A stretch of DNA of 64,000 nt. It comes from a virus. Lineage: Duplodnaviria > Caudoviricetes. The DNA lies in IMG/VR virus record IMGVR_UViG_3300025016_000004; one strand, given 5' to 3'. Of this stretch, positions 40,102 to 51,260 are shown piece after piece. Position numbers and translations under genes: made by a program. Numbering within the stretch: position 1 is the stretch's first letter; every line of letters starts with the position of its first letter. The notes below the pieces were generated by a model. That model worked only from the letters and a program-made list of their open reading frames with translations. It did no database searches and had not been told where the DNA came from.

Positions 40102-43100
40102 ATGGCTAATTCAATAAATTATTTATCTCCCAATTTTAGAGATTTGTTATTAAACAGAAATTTAATATTATCTGATACTGTAACTAATAACGGTTTAAGT
40201 GTTTCTGCTATTGGTTTAGGTTCTCAAGCGAATATATCCACTAATTTTGATTCCATTCAACCATCTGAAAATTTAGAAGATTCAGGTGTTAATTATCGTA
40301 ATGATGTTATTAGTAGAAATAGATATACTTCAACCGAAGATATGGTTGCCGCAACCATAATAAACAATTCTTATAGTTATGCTCAACGTGATGGTGGTTA
40401 TATTGATGAGAATAAAGATTTAAATCTTGGTGGTTATGGAACCAAAAGTTTGGATGTTTTAGATAGTATTCTATCTCAAGAAGGTTTTGGATTAGGAAAT
40501 GGTAGTTTCACTTCTCAAGGTGACATCAGAACAACATTAGCTGGGAGGGCTCTAGGAGCCACTGGGGGTATAAATGAGACACCTTTAGGTATAATAGGTG
40601 GTCAACAGTTACTTTTAGCTTTGGGTCAAAGAGCGACCTTTAATGCGCAAAGAGAGTTATTCGGTCAAGTTAATCTTCAACCGTTTAGTTTATTAAGTGG
40701 GTCTGACTTTATTGTACCCGATAATAGTATTACTGTTAGAGGTACAACTGCTGGTAGAATTGGTGATTTAGCTTTAGATATTACAGGATTCAATTTACCA
40801 ATTGATATTATTGATGAAAACGCTTCAATTTTTACGAATAATGTAGACGTTAATATGAGTGAAGCTAGTTTATTAAGAAACGTTTCTTTAATCAAATATA
40901 CAGGTAAAGGACAATTACTTAGATTATTTGATAATCTTAATTTAAATGAATTTAAACCTGCATATACTTCAGATGGTGCTGGTAGAAGTAAATTAGGTGT
41001 TACTGACCCTCGTGAATATAACGTAAATACTAGTGGTGTAACTTTAAATTCACTTGAGTTTAGTCCACTTAATGGTTTACCTGTTGCAAGTCAAACAGAA
41101 TTTAACGGAAGTGATTCAATTTGGAACCCAAATTCAACTTTTAGTGATACTGGTGATTTATTATCTAAAACTAAAGATTTATTCAATGATATTGTAAAAT
41201 ATAAAATTAATTTCGATGCTCAAGGTACACCTTTAGTTGATTTCTCACAATTAAACACACCATCAGGTAATAGATTATCTAAAAGTAGTGGGGTTTTAAG
41301 TCAAGATTATCTAATGGGTAGTTCTGATATTGATAATGTGTTTTGTAGAACATGGACATCAACTAAAACTTATGGTTCAGTTAGTGATTTACAAAAAAAT
41401 AGCGGGTTATTTAATTATAGAGATAAAATTAGGAATGATATTGAAGATTCTGTATTAGGTAGTAATGGTTTTGTTAAAATTTCACCTTATAAAATACCTG
41501 ATAGCGGTGCTGTTGACCCTTATGAGGCTAAGAAATTCATGTTTTCAATTGAAAACTTAGCTTGGAATGATTCATTAGAAAACTTACCTAAATTTGAAAT
41601 TGGTAATGGTGACCCTAAAACAGGAACTAAAGGTAGAATTATGTGGTTTCCACCATATGACATAAAATTTACTGACACAACAACAATTGATTGGGATTCA
41701 ACTAAATTCATTGGTAGAGGAGAACCAGTTTATACTTATAATAATACTGAAAGAAGTGGTACTTTAGCATTTAAAGTAATAATTGATTATCCTGATTATA
41801 TGAATAATAGTAAAATTATTACTAATGAATTAATGGCTAGTTTAGTTGCTGGTTGCACTGATTATAACCAATATTTTTCACAAAATGAATTAGCTCAATT
41901 ACAAGAAGAAATAAATGCTGATATTAAATTAGAAGAAGAATTTATAGCTACGGACGTTTATTTACCAGATAATTTTAACTTTTATTTCCCTAATGACGTT
42001 GCTTCGTTATATCCAGATTATGAAGATAACAATGCGATATCCCCACTTATTACATATTCTGAAGGTTACACATCAAGTGTAGGAACACCTTCCAATAACT
42101 GGACTCAATATGGATTAAATACTCGTTGGAATGTAGTAGGGTTTTCAGATTTAATTAAAGAGGCTGTATTACAAAATAATGGTATAGCTATTAAATTAAG
42201 TGGTTATGCAAGTAAAGTTGGGACTGCTGAATCAAATATAAGATTATCTGATGCTAGAATTGCAACAGTAAAACAATGGTTTCAAACTAATGTTAAAAGT
42301 GATATAAGATTTGTAGAAACAACATCAAGAGGTGATAAAGATGCTACTTCTGATGCTACTTATAGAGTAGATTCTGAGTTGGTTAAAAAAGAAAGAGCTG
42401 TGATAGTCGAATTCATTTATCAACCTGAATACGATGAACAAATATCAAATGTTACGGATATTAAGACAGAAAAAACAAATTCCGCAGCTAAAGAAATTAT
42501 ACGTAGAGTCACGAATAGATTCCATCGTGAAGATGAATATTTTGAGAAATTAAAGAAAAGTGATTCTCAAAGTGATAAAATTATTTATAATAATATTAGG
42601 GAGAAAATAAAATTCTTTCACCCAGCATTTCATTCAACAACACCAGAAGGATTTAATTCTAGATTAACATTTTTACAACAATGTACTAGGCAAGGCCCAA
42701 CTAATAAAACTAACAAGAGTAATAATTTAGCTTTTGGAAAACCACCAGTATGTATTTTAAGAATTGGTGATTTTTATCACACTAAAATAATAATTAATAG
42801 CCTTGGGATAGATTATGAACCATTGGTTTGGGATTTAAATCCAGAAGGTGTTGGAGTTCAACCAATGATAGCAAATGTTAATATATCATTTAAATTCATT
42901 GGTGGAAGTGCGTTAAATGGGCCTATAAATAAATTACAAAATGCTGTTTCTTTTAATTATTTTGCCAATTCGGGTGTTTATGACCCTAGAGCTGATAGAT
43001 GGGTTAGGAAAGAAAAAATAAACCCAACAAAACCAGAATTATTTGACCCTTTAGAAGGTGTTACTAATTTAAGAGAGTTTGCTGAAGAAGCTTATGACCC

Positions 43101-43569
43101 ATTTAAGAAACCAAAAACCTCACTAAAAAATGATGAAAATACTGTAGCTGAAGTTGAAGCTAAAAAACAAAGTGAAGTAAATGCAACTACCATTTCAGAT
43201 GAGCAGATATTTAAAAATCTTGGATGGACTGTAAAATTTAATAGTTTTGTAAATTTAGGTACCACAAATACTTTTGATTTAACTTATACTAGTGGAGGTA
43301 GTTACCCATTAACTAGTCTTTCTAAAAATTATGGCTATAAAATCGAAATTGGAACTTCAAGTGGGTTTAAAATAATTATGACTGGGCAATTTAATTCTAC
43401 GTCACCTAACAGTGCGGTTATAAATTCTTCAGCATCAATACCTAATACAACTTGGAATCAATCAGAGTATGGTACTGGTAATAAATCATTTAAATTTTCT
43501 TTAACGAGTGGTGGTCTTACTTATACTGAAACAATAATAGTTGATGTAGAAACTGGTTTAGAGATTTAA
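40102..43569 (+). CDS. Baseplate or tube-initiator-like protein containing an OmpA-like domain
   Basis: IMWFPPYDIKF...WDST.FIGRGEPVYTYNNTERSG.L.F and PP...LRIGDF...I...L.IDY tube-fold-like segments flank an OmpA_C-like insert. Confidence 0.65.
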   Translation: MANSINYLSPNFRDLLLNRNLILSDTVTNNGLSVSAIGLGSQANISTNFDSIQPSENLEDSGVNYRNDVISRNRYTSTEDMVAATIINNSYSYAQRDGGYIDENKDLNLGGYGTKSLDVLDSILSQEGFGLGNGSFTSQGDIRTTLAGRALGATGGINETPLGIIGGQQLLLALGQRATFNAQRELFGQVNLQPFSLLSGSDFIVPDNSITVRGTTAGRIGDLALDITGFNLPIDIIDENASIFTNNVDVNMSEASLLRNVSLIKYTGKGQLLRLFDNLNLNEFKPAYTSDGAGRSKLGVTDPREYNVNTSGVTLNSLEFSPLNGLPVASQTEFNGSDSIWNPNSTFSDTGDLLSKTKDLFNDIVKYKINFDAQGTPLVDFSQLNTPSGNRLSKSSGVLSQDYLMGSSDIDNVFCRTWTSTKTYGSVSDLQKNSGLFNYRDKIRNDIEDSVLGSNGFVKISPYKIPDSGAVDPYEAKKFMFSIENLAWNDSLENLPKFEIGNGDPKTGTKGRIMWFPPYDIKFTDTTTIDWDSTKFIGRGEPVYTYNNTERSGTLAFKVIIDYPDYMNNSKIITNELMASLVAGCTDYNQYFSQNELAQLQEEINADIKLEEEFIATDVYLPDNFNFYFPNDVASLYPDYEDNNAISPLITYSEGYTSSVGTPSNNWTQYGLNTRWNVVGFSDLIKEAVLQNNGIAIKLSGYASKVGTAESNIRLSDARIATVKQWFQTNVKSDIRFVETTSRGDKDATSDATYRVDSELVKKERAVIVEFIYQPEYDEQISNVTDIKTEKTNSAAKEIIRRVTNRFHREDEYFEKLKKSDSQSDKIIYNNIREKIKFFHPAFHSTTPEGFNSRLTFLQQCTRQGPTNKTNKSNNLAFGKPPVCILRIGDFYHTKIIINSLGIDYEPLVWDLNPEGVGVQPMIANVNISFKFIGGSALNGPINKLQNAVSFNYFANSGVYDPRADRWVRKEKINPTKPELFDPLEGVTNLREFAEEAYDPFKKPKTSLKNDENTVAEVEAKKQSEVNATTISDEQIFKNLGWTVKFNSFVNLGTTNTFDLTYTSGGSYPLTSLSKNYGYKIEIGTSSGFKIIMTGQFNSTSPNSAVINSSASIPNTTWNQSEYGTGNKSFKFSLTSGGLTYTETIIVDVETGLEI

Positions 43570-43580
43570 AATTAAAAATT

Positions 43581-43901
43581 ATGGCACAAAAATATTTAGA
43601 TAGATACGATAGGTTTAGGAGTGACAATGACTATAAACCAATCCCTGGAATTAAGATACCAGAAAAAAATACAGATAAGTACTTGATTTATAAGGTTGGT
43701 AGCACTAGATTTGATGTGTTGAGTCAAAAATATTACGATACACCTTATTATGGGTGGTTAATTATGTTAGCAAACCCAGAATTTGGAGGTTTAGAATTCA
43801 ACATACCAAATAATAAAATAATTAGGGTACCATTCCCTTTCGTTACATCTATTAATGATTATTTAGATGAAATAGATATATATTTCAAATTGTATGGCTA
43901 A
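43581..43901 (+). CDS. LysM-like baseplate wedge protein (T4 gp53-like)
   Basis: TRFDVLSQKYYDTPYYGWLIMLANP...I.IP. Confidence 0.7.
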   Translation: MAQKYLDRYDRFRSDNDYKPIPGIKIPEKNTDKYLIYKVGSTRFDVLSQKYYDTPYYGWLIMLANPEFGGLEFNIPNNKIIRVPFPFVTSINDYLDEIDIYFKLYG

Positions 43902-46900
43902 TTTAAAGTCGAATGTTAAAGTTACTAAAGTTAAGAATCTTTGGGTTATAGACCCAAATGGTGAAGACTCTACAGCAGCTAATTTAGAAGATTTAAATAT
44001 ATCTGTTGAGTTAGAAGTTTTAGTAAGAGGTGATGACCCTATAATTTATTCTAAAAATAATATAAACGCTACTAACCCTACCAGTAATGAAGTAACTAGA
44101 ATTAGTTTTATTGATGGTTCTGGTAATGAAGAAAAGTATTTAACAACTCACTACACTGAATTAAACACTAAATTTAATAGGGATAATAAAGATTTGGGTA
44201 CATTAGGTATCGAGACAATAGATATTAGTTTTAACACTTCATATGTACCTATTGTAAAAATCAAATTCAAAGATATAAGAGGTCAATTATTTGAATTAGG
44301 TGAAGAGTCACCATATTCATTTTTATTTAAAATGCCTTACCCAATATTTTATTTAACTGTTAAAGGTTATTACGGAAAACCCGTTCAATATGCTTTACAT
44401 ATGACTAAATTTAACGGTAATTTAGATAATGAAACGGGTAGTTTTATTATTACATGTGATTTTATTGGTTATACATATGCATTTTTATCTGATTTATTAA
44501 TGGGTATATTAAAAGGAACGCCTTACACACAAAAAGGTATTAATGCTATTAAATCCATTCAAGGGTTTACAACTTTTGAAGAATTACGAAGTATTGTTAA
44601 AAAATTGGAAGATTATATCATTAAATTCAGAGAAGATAATAAACAATTAAAGGCGTTAACCATTTATGATAAATTAAATACGAAATTACTTTCCATTGAA
44701 CAATCATTAACAAATGTGTTTCCATTAATATTTGAAGGTTATACTAAACTTACTGACACTGGGGTAACCACAGCTCAAAACATGGCTGTAGCTATGAATA
44801 CCAATGTAAATTATTTCACAAATAATCCTGATTATTTAAAACCATATACATTATCTGACACTACTAAAAAAGAATATAAAAATTCCACATTAAAATTAGT
44901 TGAAGAATATAATGAGTTAAACCAAGTTAAAGGGGATTCAAAAACTTTTAAGTTAAATATTGAAGATTTTCAATTGGATAGTAATGGAATATTTTATAAT
45001 AATTTTAAAGTAGCAGATTTTATTCGTAAAAACGAATTTAATATAGCTACTACATCATTTTATTCATTTGATGAATTTCAAAAAAGTAAGGATATTAAAA
45101 AATACCTTAATTTTAAAATAAAAGAACAAAATGACACTTTTATTAAAGAAATGTATGGGTATACGCTTGATATAATTAATAAAAAGTATAGAGATAATAA
45201 TTTAATAACCGACCCTTCAATAAAAAACATGGTTGATATTAGATTTGCATTAAATAAAGTTAGATTAACTAGGGAAAAATTACAAGAGGAATTTGATAAA
45301 AATAAAAAGTTAGTAACTGAATCTTTCACTCAAGATATTAACAGTTTCTTAAAAAAAGAAGGAACTAAATTTGACGCTTCAATAGGGTCTTTATTTAAAA
45401 TTTTATGTGACCATGTTGATTTATTTATTGATGTTGTTAAAAACCTTGAAGAAGAAATAGAAAATGACCGAAAAAATGGTAATAGAAATTTACAAGCAGC
45501 TGATAAAAGAAATTTTACTGAATTTATAAGCATTAACGGTTCTAATCAAATTGCGGTTGCACCATTTCCAGAATATGTAGAAGATGAAGGTAAAGACACC
45601 AACGGTGATGGTACTTTGGTTGAAAAATGGTTAGGTTCTAAGCGTAAATTTAGTGAATATGCTGAAGTTAAATTTATCAACGATTTATACGATTCTATTA
45701 AAATGGCCGCTAAAAAGGATAAAGAAATAATAGAGGGTATTTACGCTGACTCTAAAGCGTGGTTTCCAATAAACCCATTAGAAACATTAGCGTTTGATGA
45801 AAACAATGAAAATCCTTGGAATAGCGTAATCCATTCTAACATACAACCAGCCATGAAATTGATTGTTCAAAGAATGGCATTATTTTTAGGTTTTTCGCAT
45901 AAAAATTTAACTATTGAAGAAATTACTGAAGTAGCTAAAATTGAAGCTAATCAAGCCTATAACACTCTTATAGATGTTAAAAATGTTATAATAGAACCTA
46001 ACGGTAATATTGATACACAAATAAAAACATATTTTGGTGATAGTCAAGAAACATTTGGTAAAGTAGGCACATTTCATGGATTAAGATTATATTATAATAA
46101 AAGTTTTTTAGGTGGGGATAAAATTGTTTATCATCACGATAAACCAGATATTGGTAATGGTGGTTTTAAAAATTTTAATGATGCATTTAATAACAGACCA
46201 GAATTTATTCCAATTAACCAAACAACCAAATCTTTAGATAGTAAATTTAATGAATTAAATACAAATACTGGTAGAAGTTATTTTAATGGTACGTTTATTA
46301 GTAATGTAATATCTAATAGTCAATTGAATGAGGGTACAAATAATGAGATTGAATATGAAAAATTTATTAAAATAATAGATAAAAGTGATTATACTAAACA
46401 ATTAATTTACGAAAGTTATGTAACGGGTGGTGACGGTAATGGTGTTGTAAGCGAAATGGCTGAAAATGAGTTAGTGAGTACACATAATACATTACTTGGT
46501 GGTCGATATAGAACACATGAATTCATGACATACAAAACTCCAAAAAGTGAATCACCTTTATTTTATGAATTTTATGATATAAGATTAAAAGAAAATCTTA
46601 TAAGTAGAGCTGGTGATGAAGGTAAAAATTTTATTTTTAATTCAAATTTTAAAAGTAATAAAAAAATTTATAATTTATTTGGTTCTAGATTTTATTATAA
46701 TCAAACAGATAATTATAGTAAAGCTTTATTATTTTTACATTCAATACCTTTTGAAGGACTTTTATATAAAAATTCTTATGAAATTTTACCTTTAGGGTTA
46801 TTGAGTAATAAAACTTTAAAATATTTTAATGAAAGGGCTGGGTTTACTTCAATCCCATATTCTTGGATTTTGTTTATGGGTGGTTTATTATTTAGAAATT

Positions 46901-49206
46901 CTAAATCTTCAGATATTCTTAAATATAGTATAACAAAAATTGGTGATGAAAGTTTAATTCCTAATATAAATAATGTTGAAATCAATAAAGATGAATACTT
47001 AATTTATTCATCAATTAGTAGTACACCAATAAATTTTAATACTGTTAGTATAGGTTCTACTAAGTACGAACAACTTTCAGATGTAATTAAAAATTTACCA
47101 AATAGTGTTAAAGATATTTTCATCAATGAGTTTATTAATTGGGTTGATAGTGAAAATGGTTGGTTAAATATACAGAATAATTTAGAAATTTTTGATGATA
47201 CCACATCAGATGACCAAATAATTACAATTTGGAATAACTTAAAAGTCAACCCTAATGATACGACAGGATTTAAAACAAATGTTTCAACTAATTATAAAGT
47301 TATACCAAATAACGAAAAGGGTTATTTTGATTTAGAAATCATAACCGCTAGTCCAGCGTCAAATGATACATTCTTATTTCTTATTGATGAAAAAGTTTTA
47401 ATAAACGGAACTTATAGAATTTGGGAAGGTAAAACTGATAGAATTAGTAATTTTGAAATTCCATCAATTCAACAAAAAGAATATCTTAGTACATTTTTTT
47501 CCACATATAAAACCTTAAATGCTACATCAACTAACCCTGATGCAGAAATTAATAAAAATTTATTTGGCACTGATAAAGTTGATGATATTAAATTAGGGTT
47601 ATATAAAAATATTAAATCTATTTATAATAAATGGATTCTTGGTGTACATCCAAGTATGGAATCTATAATAACTGGTAATTTATACAAAAATTTTAACTTT
47701 CTAGATAGGGCTTATATTGATATTAGCGGTAAATTTAAAGTTTCACCTACTGGATTCGTAGATTACCTATCAAGTAATTCAAACATTAGTTTTTATAATT
47801 TTATTGCTAGAATACTTAGAGATAATAACTTTGATTTTATTCCATTACCAACATTTATTGATTATTCTTCTAAAGAAAGTGTTACTAGTATATTTGAACC
47901 ATATAATTTTAATGATTCAGTTACTGCCACTAACCCACAATTTATTTGTATGTATTTTGGTGAACAATCAAATCAATTAAACATTGATAAAAAAAACACA
48001 AAAAGACCTAATGATAGTTTTTCATTACCAAGTAAATATGACCCAAAAACTGGTGAATTAATAATCACAGATACGGAATTACCAACAGATTTTAAAGATG
48101 GTGGTCAAAACATACCTTATTTTTTAGTTAATTATGTAGACCAAAACCAATCAATATTTAAAGAAATTCATTTAGACCAAAGTGAATTTACTGAAACAAA
48201 TGAAAGTCTTGAAATTATCGATAGTCTTTCTAAATTGAATAGAAATAACTCAATTGGTCAAAACTTATTCGATATTTATAATAATAGAGCATACTCAGTT
48301 GAAGTTGAAATGTTAGGTTGTGCACAAATTCAACCATTTATGTTATTCCAAATTAATAATGTCCCTATTTTTGATGGTGCTTACACTATTATTAATACTA
48401 GACATCATATTAAAGCTAATCATATGACAACCACATTTAAAGGGGTTAGAATTAGAAGGATTAAAACTAAAATGGTTGATGATGAAACACTATATGCACA
48501 TTTATTAGCTAACTTAGATGAAGTCGATTCTAAGGGGGCTTCATTAAGCGATTTAAGTAATGTTGGTAGTAATACAAATTATATTTTTACTAAACCTACA
48601 ACAGCAGAACTCAACCAGAATCAAGTCGCTGTTAAACAATATTTTAAAGATAGAGGGTATAATAAAGAAATTGTTGCTGGAATCATGGGTAATATGGAGA
48701 TTGAATCAAGTTTTAATTTATCAGCCGTAAACTCAAGAGATACAAATGAATTAGTATCAATAGGTTTAATACAATGGAATTTTGGTTCATACCCCGATGT
48801 ATTTCAATTATATTCAAGTGGTATATTTTCAACTGTTGAACAACAATTAGATTATTTAACAAAAATGGAAACGTGGGATAAATTTATAAAAGAAGTAAAT
48901 ATAATCACACCACCTGTAACATATTATGATGAACAATATGTTGCATTTTTATTTGCTCATTATGTGGAAGTATGTTGTGGTTGCGCTAGAACTAAAGGTT
49001 ATAACACTTTAAATGAAATTTATAGTGGGCCATATACTAAAGGTTGGGGATGTCCACAAGATGACCCAAATGCTACCATATTTTTTCCACATAAACGAAG
49101 TCAAGCTGCATCATACTTTATGAAAAGATTTAATAACCCAAAAGATGCATTATATTGGAAAGAACCCACTGTAGAAATAAATCATGGATTTATTTCTTCA
49201 ATTTAA
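43894..49206 (+). CDS. Large baseplate hub protein with C-terminal phage tail lysozyme domain
   Basis: 1770 aa; hub-like N-terminus and YSVEVEMLG...IQP...FQ..NVPIFDGAY.I....H; C-terminal AGIMGNMEIESSFN...SIGLIQWN matches Phage_lysozyme2. Confidence 0.75.
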   Translation: MANLKSNVKVTKVKNLWVIDPNGEDSTAANLEDLNISVELEVLVRGDDPIIYSKNNINATNPTSNEVTRISFIDGSGNEEKYLTTHYTELNTKFNRDNKDLGTLGIETIDISFNTSYVPIVKIKFKDIRGQLFELGEESPYSFLFKMPYPIFYLTVKGYYGKPVQYALHMTKFNGNLDNETGSFIITCDFIGYTYAFLSDLLMGILKGTPYTQKGINAIKSIQGFTTFEELRSIVKKLEDYIIKFREDNKQLKALTIYDKLNTKLLSIEQSLTNVFPLIFEGYTKLTDTGVTTAQNMAVAMNTNVNYFTNNPDYLKPYTLSDTTKKEYKNSTLKLVEEYNELNQVKGDSKTFKLNIEDFQLDSNGIFYNNFKVADFIRKNEFNIATTSFYSFDEFQKSKDIKKYLNFKIKEQNDTFIKEMYGYTLDIINKKYRDNNLITDPSIKNMVDIRFALNKVRLTREKLQEEFDKNKKLVTESFTQDINSFLKKEGTKFDASIGSLFKILCDHVDLFIDVVKNLEEEIENDRKNGNRNLQAADKRNFTEFISINGSNQIAVAPFPEYVEDEGKDTNGDGTLVEKWLGSKRKFSEYAEVKFINDLYDSIKMAAKKDKEIIEGIYADSKAWFPINPLETLAFDENNENPWNSVIHSNIQPAMKLIVQRMALFLGFSHKNLTIEEITEVAKIEANQAYNTLIDVKNVIIEPNGNIDTQIKTYFGDSQETFGKVGTFHGLRLYYNKSFLGGDKIVYHHDKPDIGNGGFKNFNDAFNNRPEFIPINQTTKSLDSKFNELNTNTGRSYFNGTFISNVISNSQLNEGTNNEIEYEKFIKIIDKSDYTKQLIYESYVTGGDGNGVVSEMAENELVSTHNTLLGGRYRTHEFMTYKTPKSESPLFYEFYDIRLKENLISRAGDEGKNFIFNSNFKSNKKIYNLFGSRFYYNQTDNYSKALLFLHSIPFEGLLYKNSYEILPLGLLSNKTLKYFNERAGFTSIPYSWILFMGGLLFRNSKSSDILKYSITKIGDESLIPNINNVEINKDEYLIYSSISSTPINFNTVSIGSTKYEQLSDVIKNLPNSVKDIFINEFINWVDSENGWLNIQNNLEIFDDTTSDDQIITIWNNLKVNPNDTTGFKTNVSTNYKVIPNNEKGYFDLEIITASPASNDTFLFLIDEKVLINGTYRIWEGKTDRISNFEIPSIQQKEYLSTFFSTYKTLNATSTNPDAEINKNLFGTDKVDDIKLGLYKNIKSIYNKWILGVHPSMESIITGNLYKNFNFLDRAYIDISGKFKVSPTGFVDYLSSNSNISFYNFIARILRDNNFDFIPLPTFIDYSSKESVTSIFEPYNFNDSVTATNPQFICMYFGEQSNQLNIDKKNTKRPNDSFSLPSKYDPKTGELIITDTELPTDFKDGGQNIPYFLVNYVDQNQSIFKEIHLDQSEFTETNESLEIIDSLSKLNRNNSIGQNLFDIYNNRAYSVEVEMLGCAQIQPFMLFQINNVPIFDGAYTIINTRHHIKANHMTTTFKGVRIRRIKTKMVDDETLYAHLLANLDEVDSKGASLSDLSNVGSNTNYIFTKPTTAELNQNQVAVKQYFKDRGYNKEIVAGIMGNMEIESSFNLSAVNSRDTNELVSIGLIQWNFGSYPDVFQLYSSGIFSTVEQQLDYLTKMETWDKFIKEVNIITPPVTYYDEQYVAFLFAHYVEVCCGCARTKGYNTLNEIYSGPYTKGWGCPQDDPNATIFFPHKRSQAASYFMKRFNNPKDALYWKEPTVEINHGFISSI

Positions 49207-49209
49207 TTA

Positions 49210-49241
49210 TTTGTTTTTTTAATTATTTTTTAGTATCTTTG
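49210..49241 (+). promoter_or_regulatory. Bacteroidota-type housekeeping promoter (-33 TTTG, -7 TAnnTTTG)
   Basis: TTTG 49210-49213, a 20-nt spacer, then TATCTTTG 49234-49241 followed by CA. Confidence 0.7.
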
Positions 49242-49245
49242 CAAT

Positions 49246-49857
49246 ATGGAAATAGCTAATATTGTTTGTACTGATGTAATAAATGTTGGCCCAGAGTTTA
49301 ACGTTGTTAAATCTTTGGACGATATTATATACACCAATTTACCAACTTTAATCATAGGGTATGAAACAGTGGTGGATTTATATGGTATTGACAATATCAA
49401 TGTATTAAATAGAAGTATTAATAAAAATATCTTTTGGACATTTAGACGAACTGTTGAACGTAAAATATATGAGCCAGACCTTGAGGACTTTATGAGGCAT
49501 GCATATAAAAAAGCTATTGAAAATATAAACTATGTAGATTTAGATGTAATTCAATTTGATAGAAGTAAATTATATAAAATTGTTAAAAAAATACTTAAAT
49601 TAAAAGACCCAATTTCTTATAAAAATGAGAATAATGTAATATATATTTATTCGGGTAATTTAATCTTTGGTGTTGACTTGAATTTATTGAATTTTGTAGG
49701 GTCTAATATTGAAAAAGCTGAGAAAAAAATAATTAAGAAAAGCAAGGTGTTTCTGGAAGGTAGTGAGATACTTATTGAATATAATAACCATTTGGAACGA
49801 TTAAATTACGATTGTAAGTATGTTCCATTGTTATATTCAATTAATCCACATGAATAA
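49246..49857 (+). CDS. Hypothetical protein
   Basis: 203-aa ORF; the first gene of the replication-side block. Confidence 0.75.
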   Translation: MEIANIVCTDVINVGPEFNVVKSLDDIIYTNLPTLIIGYETVVDLYGIDNINVLNRSINKNIFWTFRRTVERKIYEPDLEDFMRHAYKKAIENINYVDLDVIQFDRSKLYKIVKKILKLKDPISYKNENNVIYIYSGNLIFGVDLNLLNFVGSNIEKAEKKIIKKSKVFLEGSEILIEYNNHLERLNYDCKYVPLLYSINPHE

Positions 49858-50254
49858 AAAAATATTAATAGCCTCTTTTATAGATAAGGAGGTGTTAAAA
49901 GAGTTCTTAATATATATTCAAAACACCTTTGAGGTAGATTCAGATAAAGTTTTTATATTTGAAAGCCTCCAAGATAAATCCCAATATATCTTAACTTTTT
50001 TTATAGAATTACCGCTAGGGGGACATATAAACCTTAGAAAACACTTCAAAAACGCCTTAATAGTTCATAAAAAGAAAAAGACTTTTTATACGATAAATGC
50101 GTTAAATACGTTAATAGAAACTGAATTTGATTTACCAAAAGGTAATATCAATTATAAACAGTGGAAGATTGATTGGAGTAAATATGAAAACCAATTAATA
50201 ATAAATAGTAACAATAATTTGGTTTTAATAGACTTAAAACGGTTTTTTTGCTAA
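49850..50254 (+). CDS. Hypothetical protein (probable start MNKKILIASF)
   Basis: ATG at 49850 overlaps the previous stop (atgaataa). Confidence 0.7.
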   Translation: MNKKILIASFIDKEVLKEFLIYIQNTFEVDSDKVFIFESLQDKSQYILTFFIELPLGGHINLRKHFKNALIVHKKKKTFYTINALNTLIETEFDLPKGNINYKQWKIDWSKYENQLIINSNNNLVLIDLKRFFC

Positions 50255-50300
50255 TTTCTCTCTATTTATATTAAAATAAGTACTTTAAATATTTAATATT

Positions 50301-50477
50301 ATGGAGAAAAATAAATTAGACGATTTAAATAGGTTTTTGGAAGGTGATAATGAAGAAGGAACTGTTTGTGATTTAGATGGTAATTGCAGACCTAAACTTA
50401 TTAAGGTTGATAAGAGTATTGTTGAAAGAGTCAACAAAAAAATAATAATTGAAGACGGAAGACAACTTTTAATGTAA
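50301..50477 (+). CDS. Small hypothetical protein (58 aa, not in the ORF track)
   Basis: MEKNKLDDLNRFLEGDNEEGTVCDLDGNC...IIIEDGRQLLM*; TATTTATA at 50263; stop overlaps the next ATG. Confidence 0.7.
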   Translation: MEKNKLDDLNRFLEGDNEEGTVCDLDGNCRPKLIKVDKSIVERVNKKIIIEDGRQLLM

Positions 50478-51178
50478 TGAAAAAATATACAAACGAAGAT
50501 AATAAAAAAGATAGAGATAAATTCAGGTTATTATTTGAATATGATTTCTATGTAGAAGAAGAAGAGGTTTACGACCCTGAATTGGACAATGAAACTGGCG
50601 AAATTATTACCGAAGAGCCACCAGAAGGTGAAGCTCCAGAAGGTGGTGAAGATATGGGTGATGAAGAATTTCCTGAAGCTGGTAGTGAAGATATGGGTGA
50701 TGAAGAATTTCCTGAAGCTGGTAGTGAAGAATTACCAGAACCAGAAGCAATGGAAGATGAAGTTGAATTAGATGTAACTGAATTAGTACAAGGCACGGAA
50801 GAAGCAAAAGCGTCTTCTGATAGAGCTAGTCAACAAATTGATATATTAATGGGTAAATTTGAAACATTATCTCAATCATTAGAAAAAATGACAGCAATTA
50901 ATCAAAAAATTGATGATTTGGAACATGAAATTGAAAAAAGAAATCCAACACCACAAGAAAGATTAGAAATGCAATCATTAAATTCATTTCCATATAGCTT
51001 AAAATTAACAGATTATTGGTCAGAAAAAGAAGGTAATTATGACGCAATGGGTGGACAAAAAGAAGATGAAGAATATGTACTAACTCAAGATGAAGTAGAT
51101 AGAGATTATAATGCAATTGAAATTAAAGATTCGTTTGTAAATCCAAATGAAGATGAATTTATTAAAAAGAAATTTTAA
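50477..51178 (+). CDS. Acidic hypothetical protein with central coiled coil
   Basis: 233 aa, Glu/Asp-rich, contains an exact 39-nt tandem duplication. Confidence 0.75.
   Translation: MKKYTNEDNKKDRDKFRLLFEYDFYVEEEEVYDPELDNETGEIITEEPPEGEAPEGGEDMGDEEFPEAGSEDMGDEEFPEAGSEELPEPEAMEDEVELDVTELVQGTEEAKASSDRASQQIDILMGKFETLSQSLEKMTAINQKIDDLEHEIEKRNPTPQERLEMQSLNSFPYSLKLTDYWSEKEGNYDAMGGQKEDEEYVLTQDEVDRDYNAIEIKDSFVNPNEDEFIKKKF
50648..50725 (+). repeat. In-frame tandem repeat 2 x 39 nt (EDMGDEEFPEAGS)
   Basis: gaagatatgggtgatgaagaatttcctgaagctggtagt occurs twice. Confidence 0.9.
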
Positions 51179-51204
51179 CCTATAAAACATTAAAAAAGAG
51201 ACTA

Positions 51205-51240
51205 TTAAAGTGTGGTATGAAAATATCACACTTTTTTTTT
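51205..51240 (+). terminator. Intrinsic terminator
   Basis: aaagtgtggtat-gaaa-atatcacacttt followed by a T-run. Confidence 0.75.
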
Positions 51241-51260
51241 GAAAAAACTTTAAAAAATAC

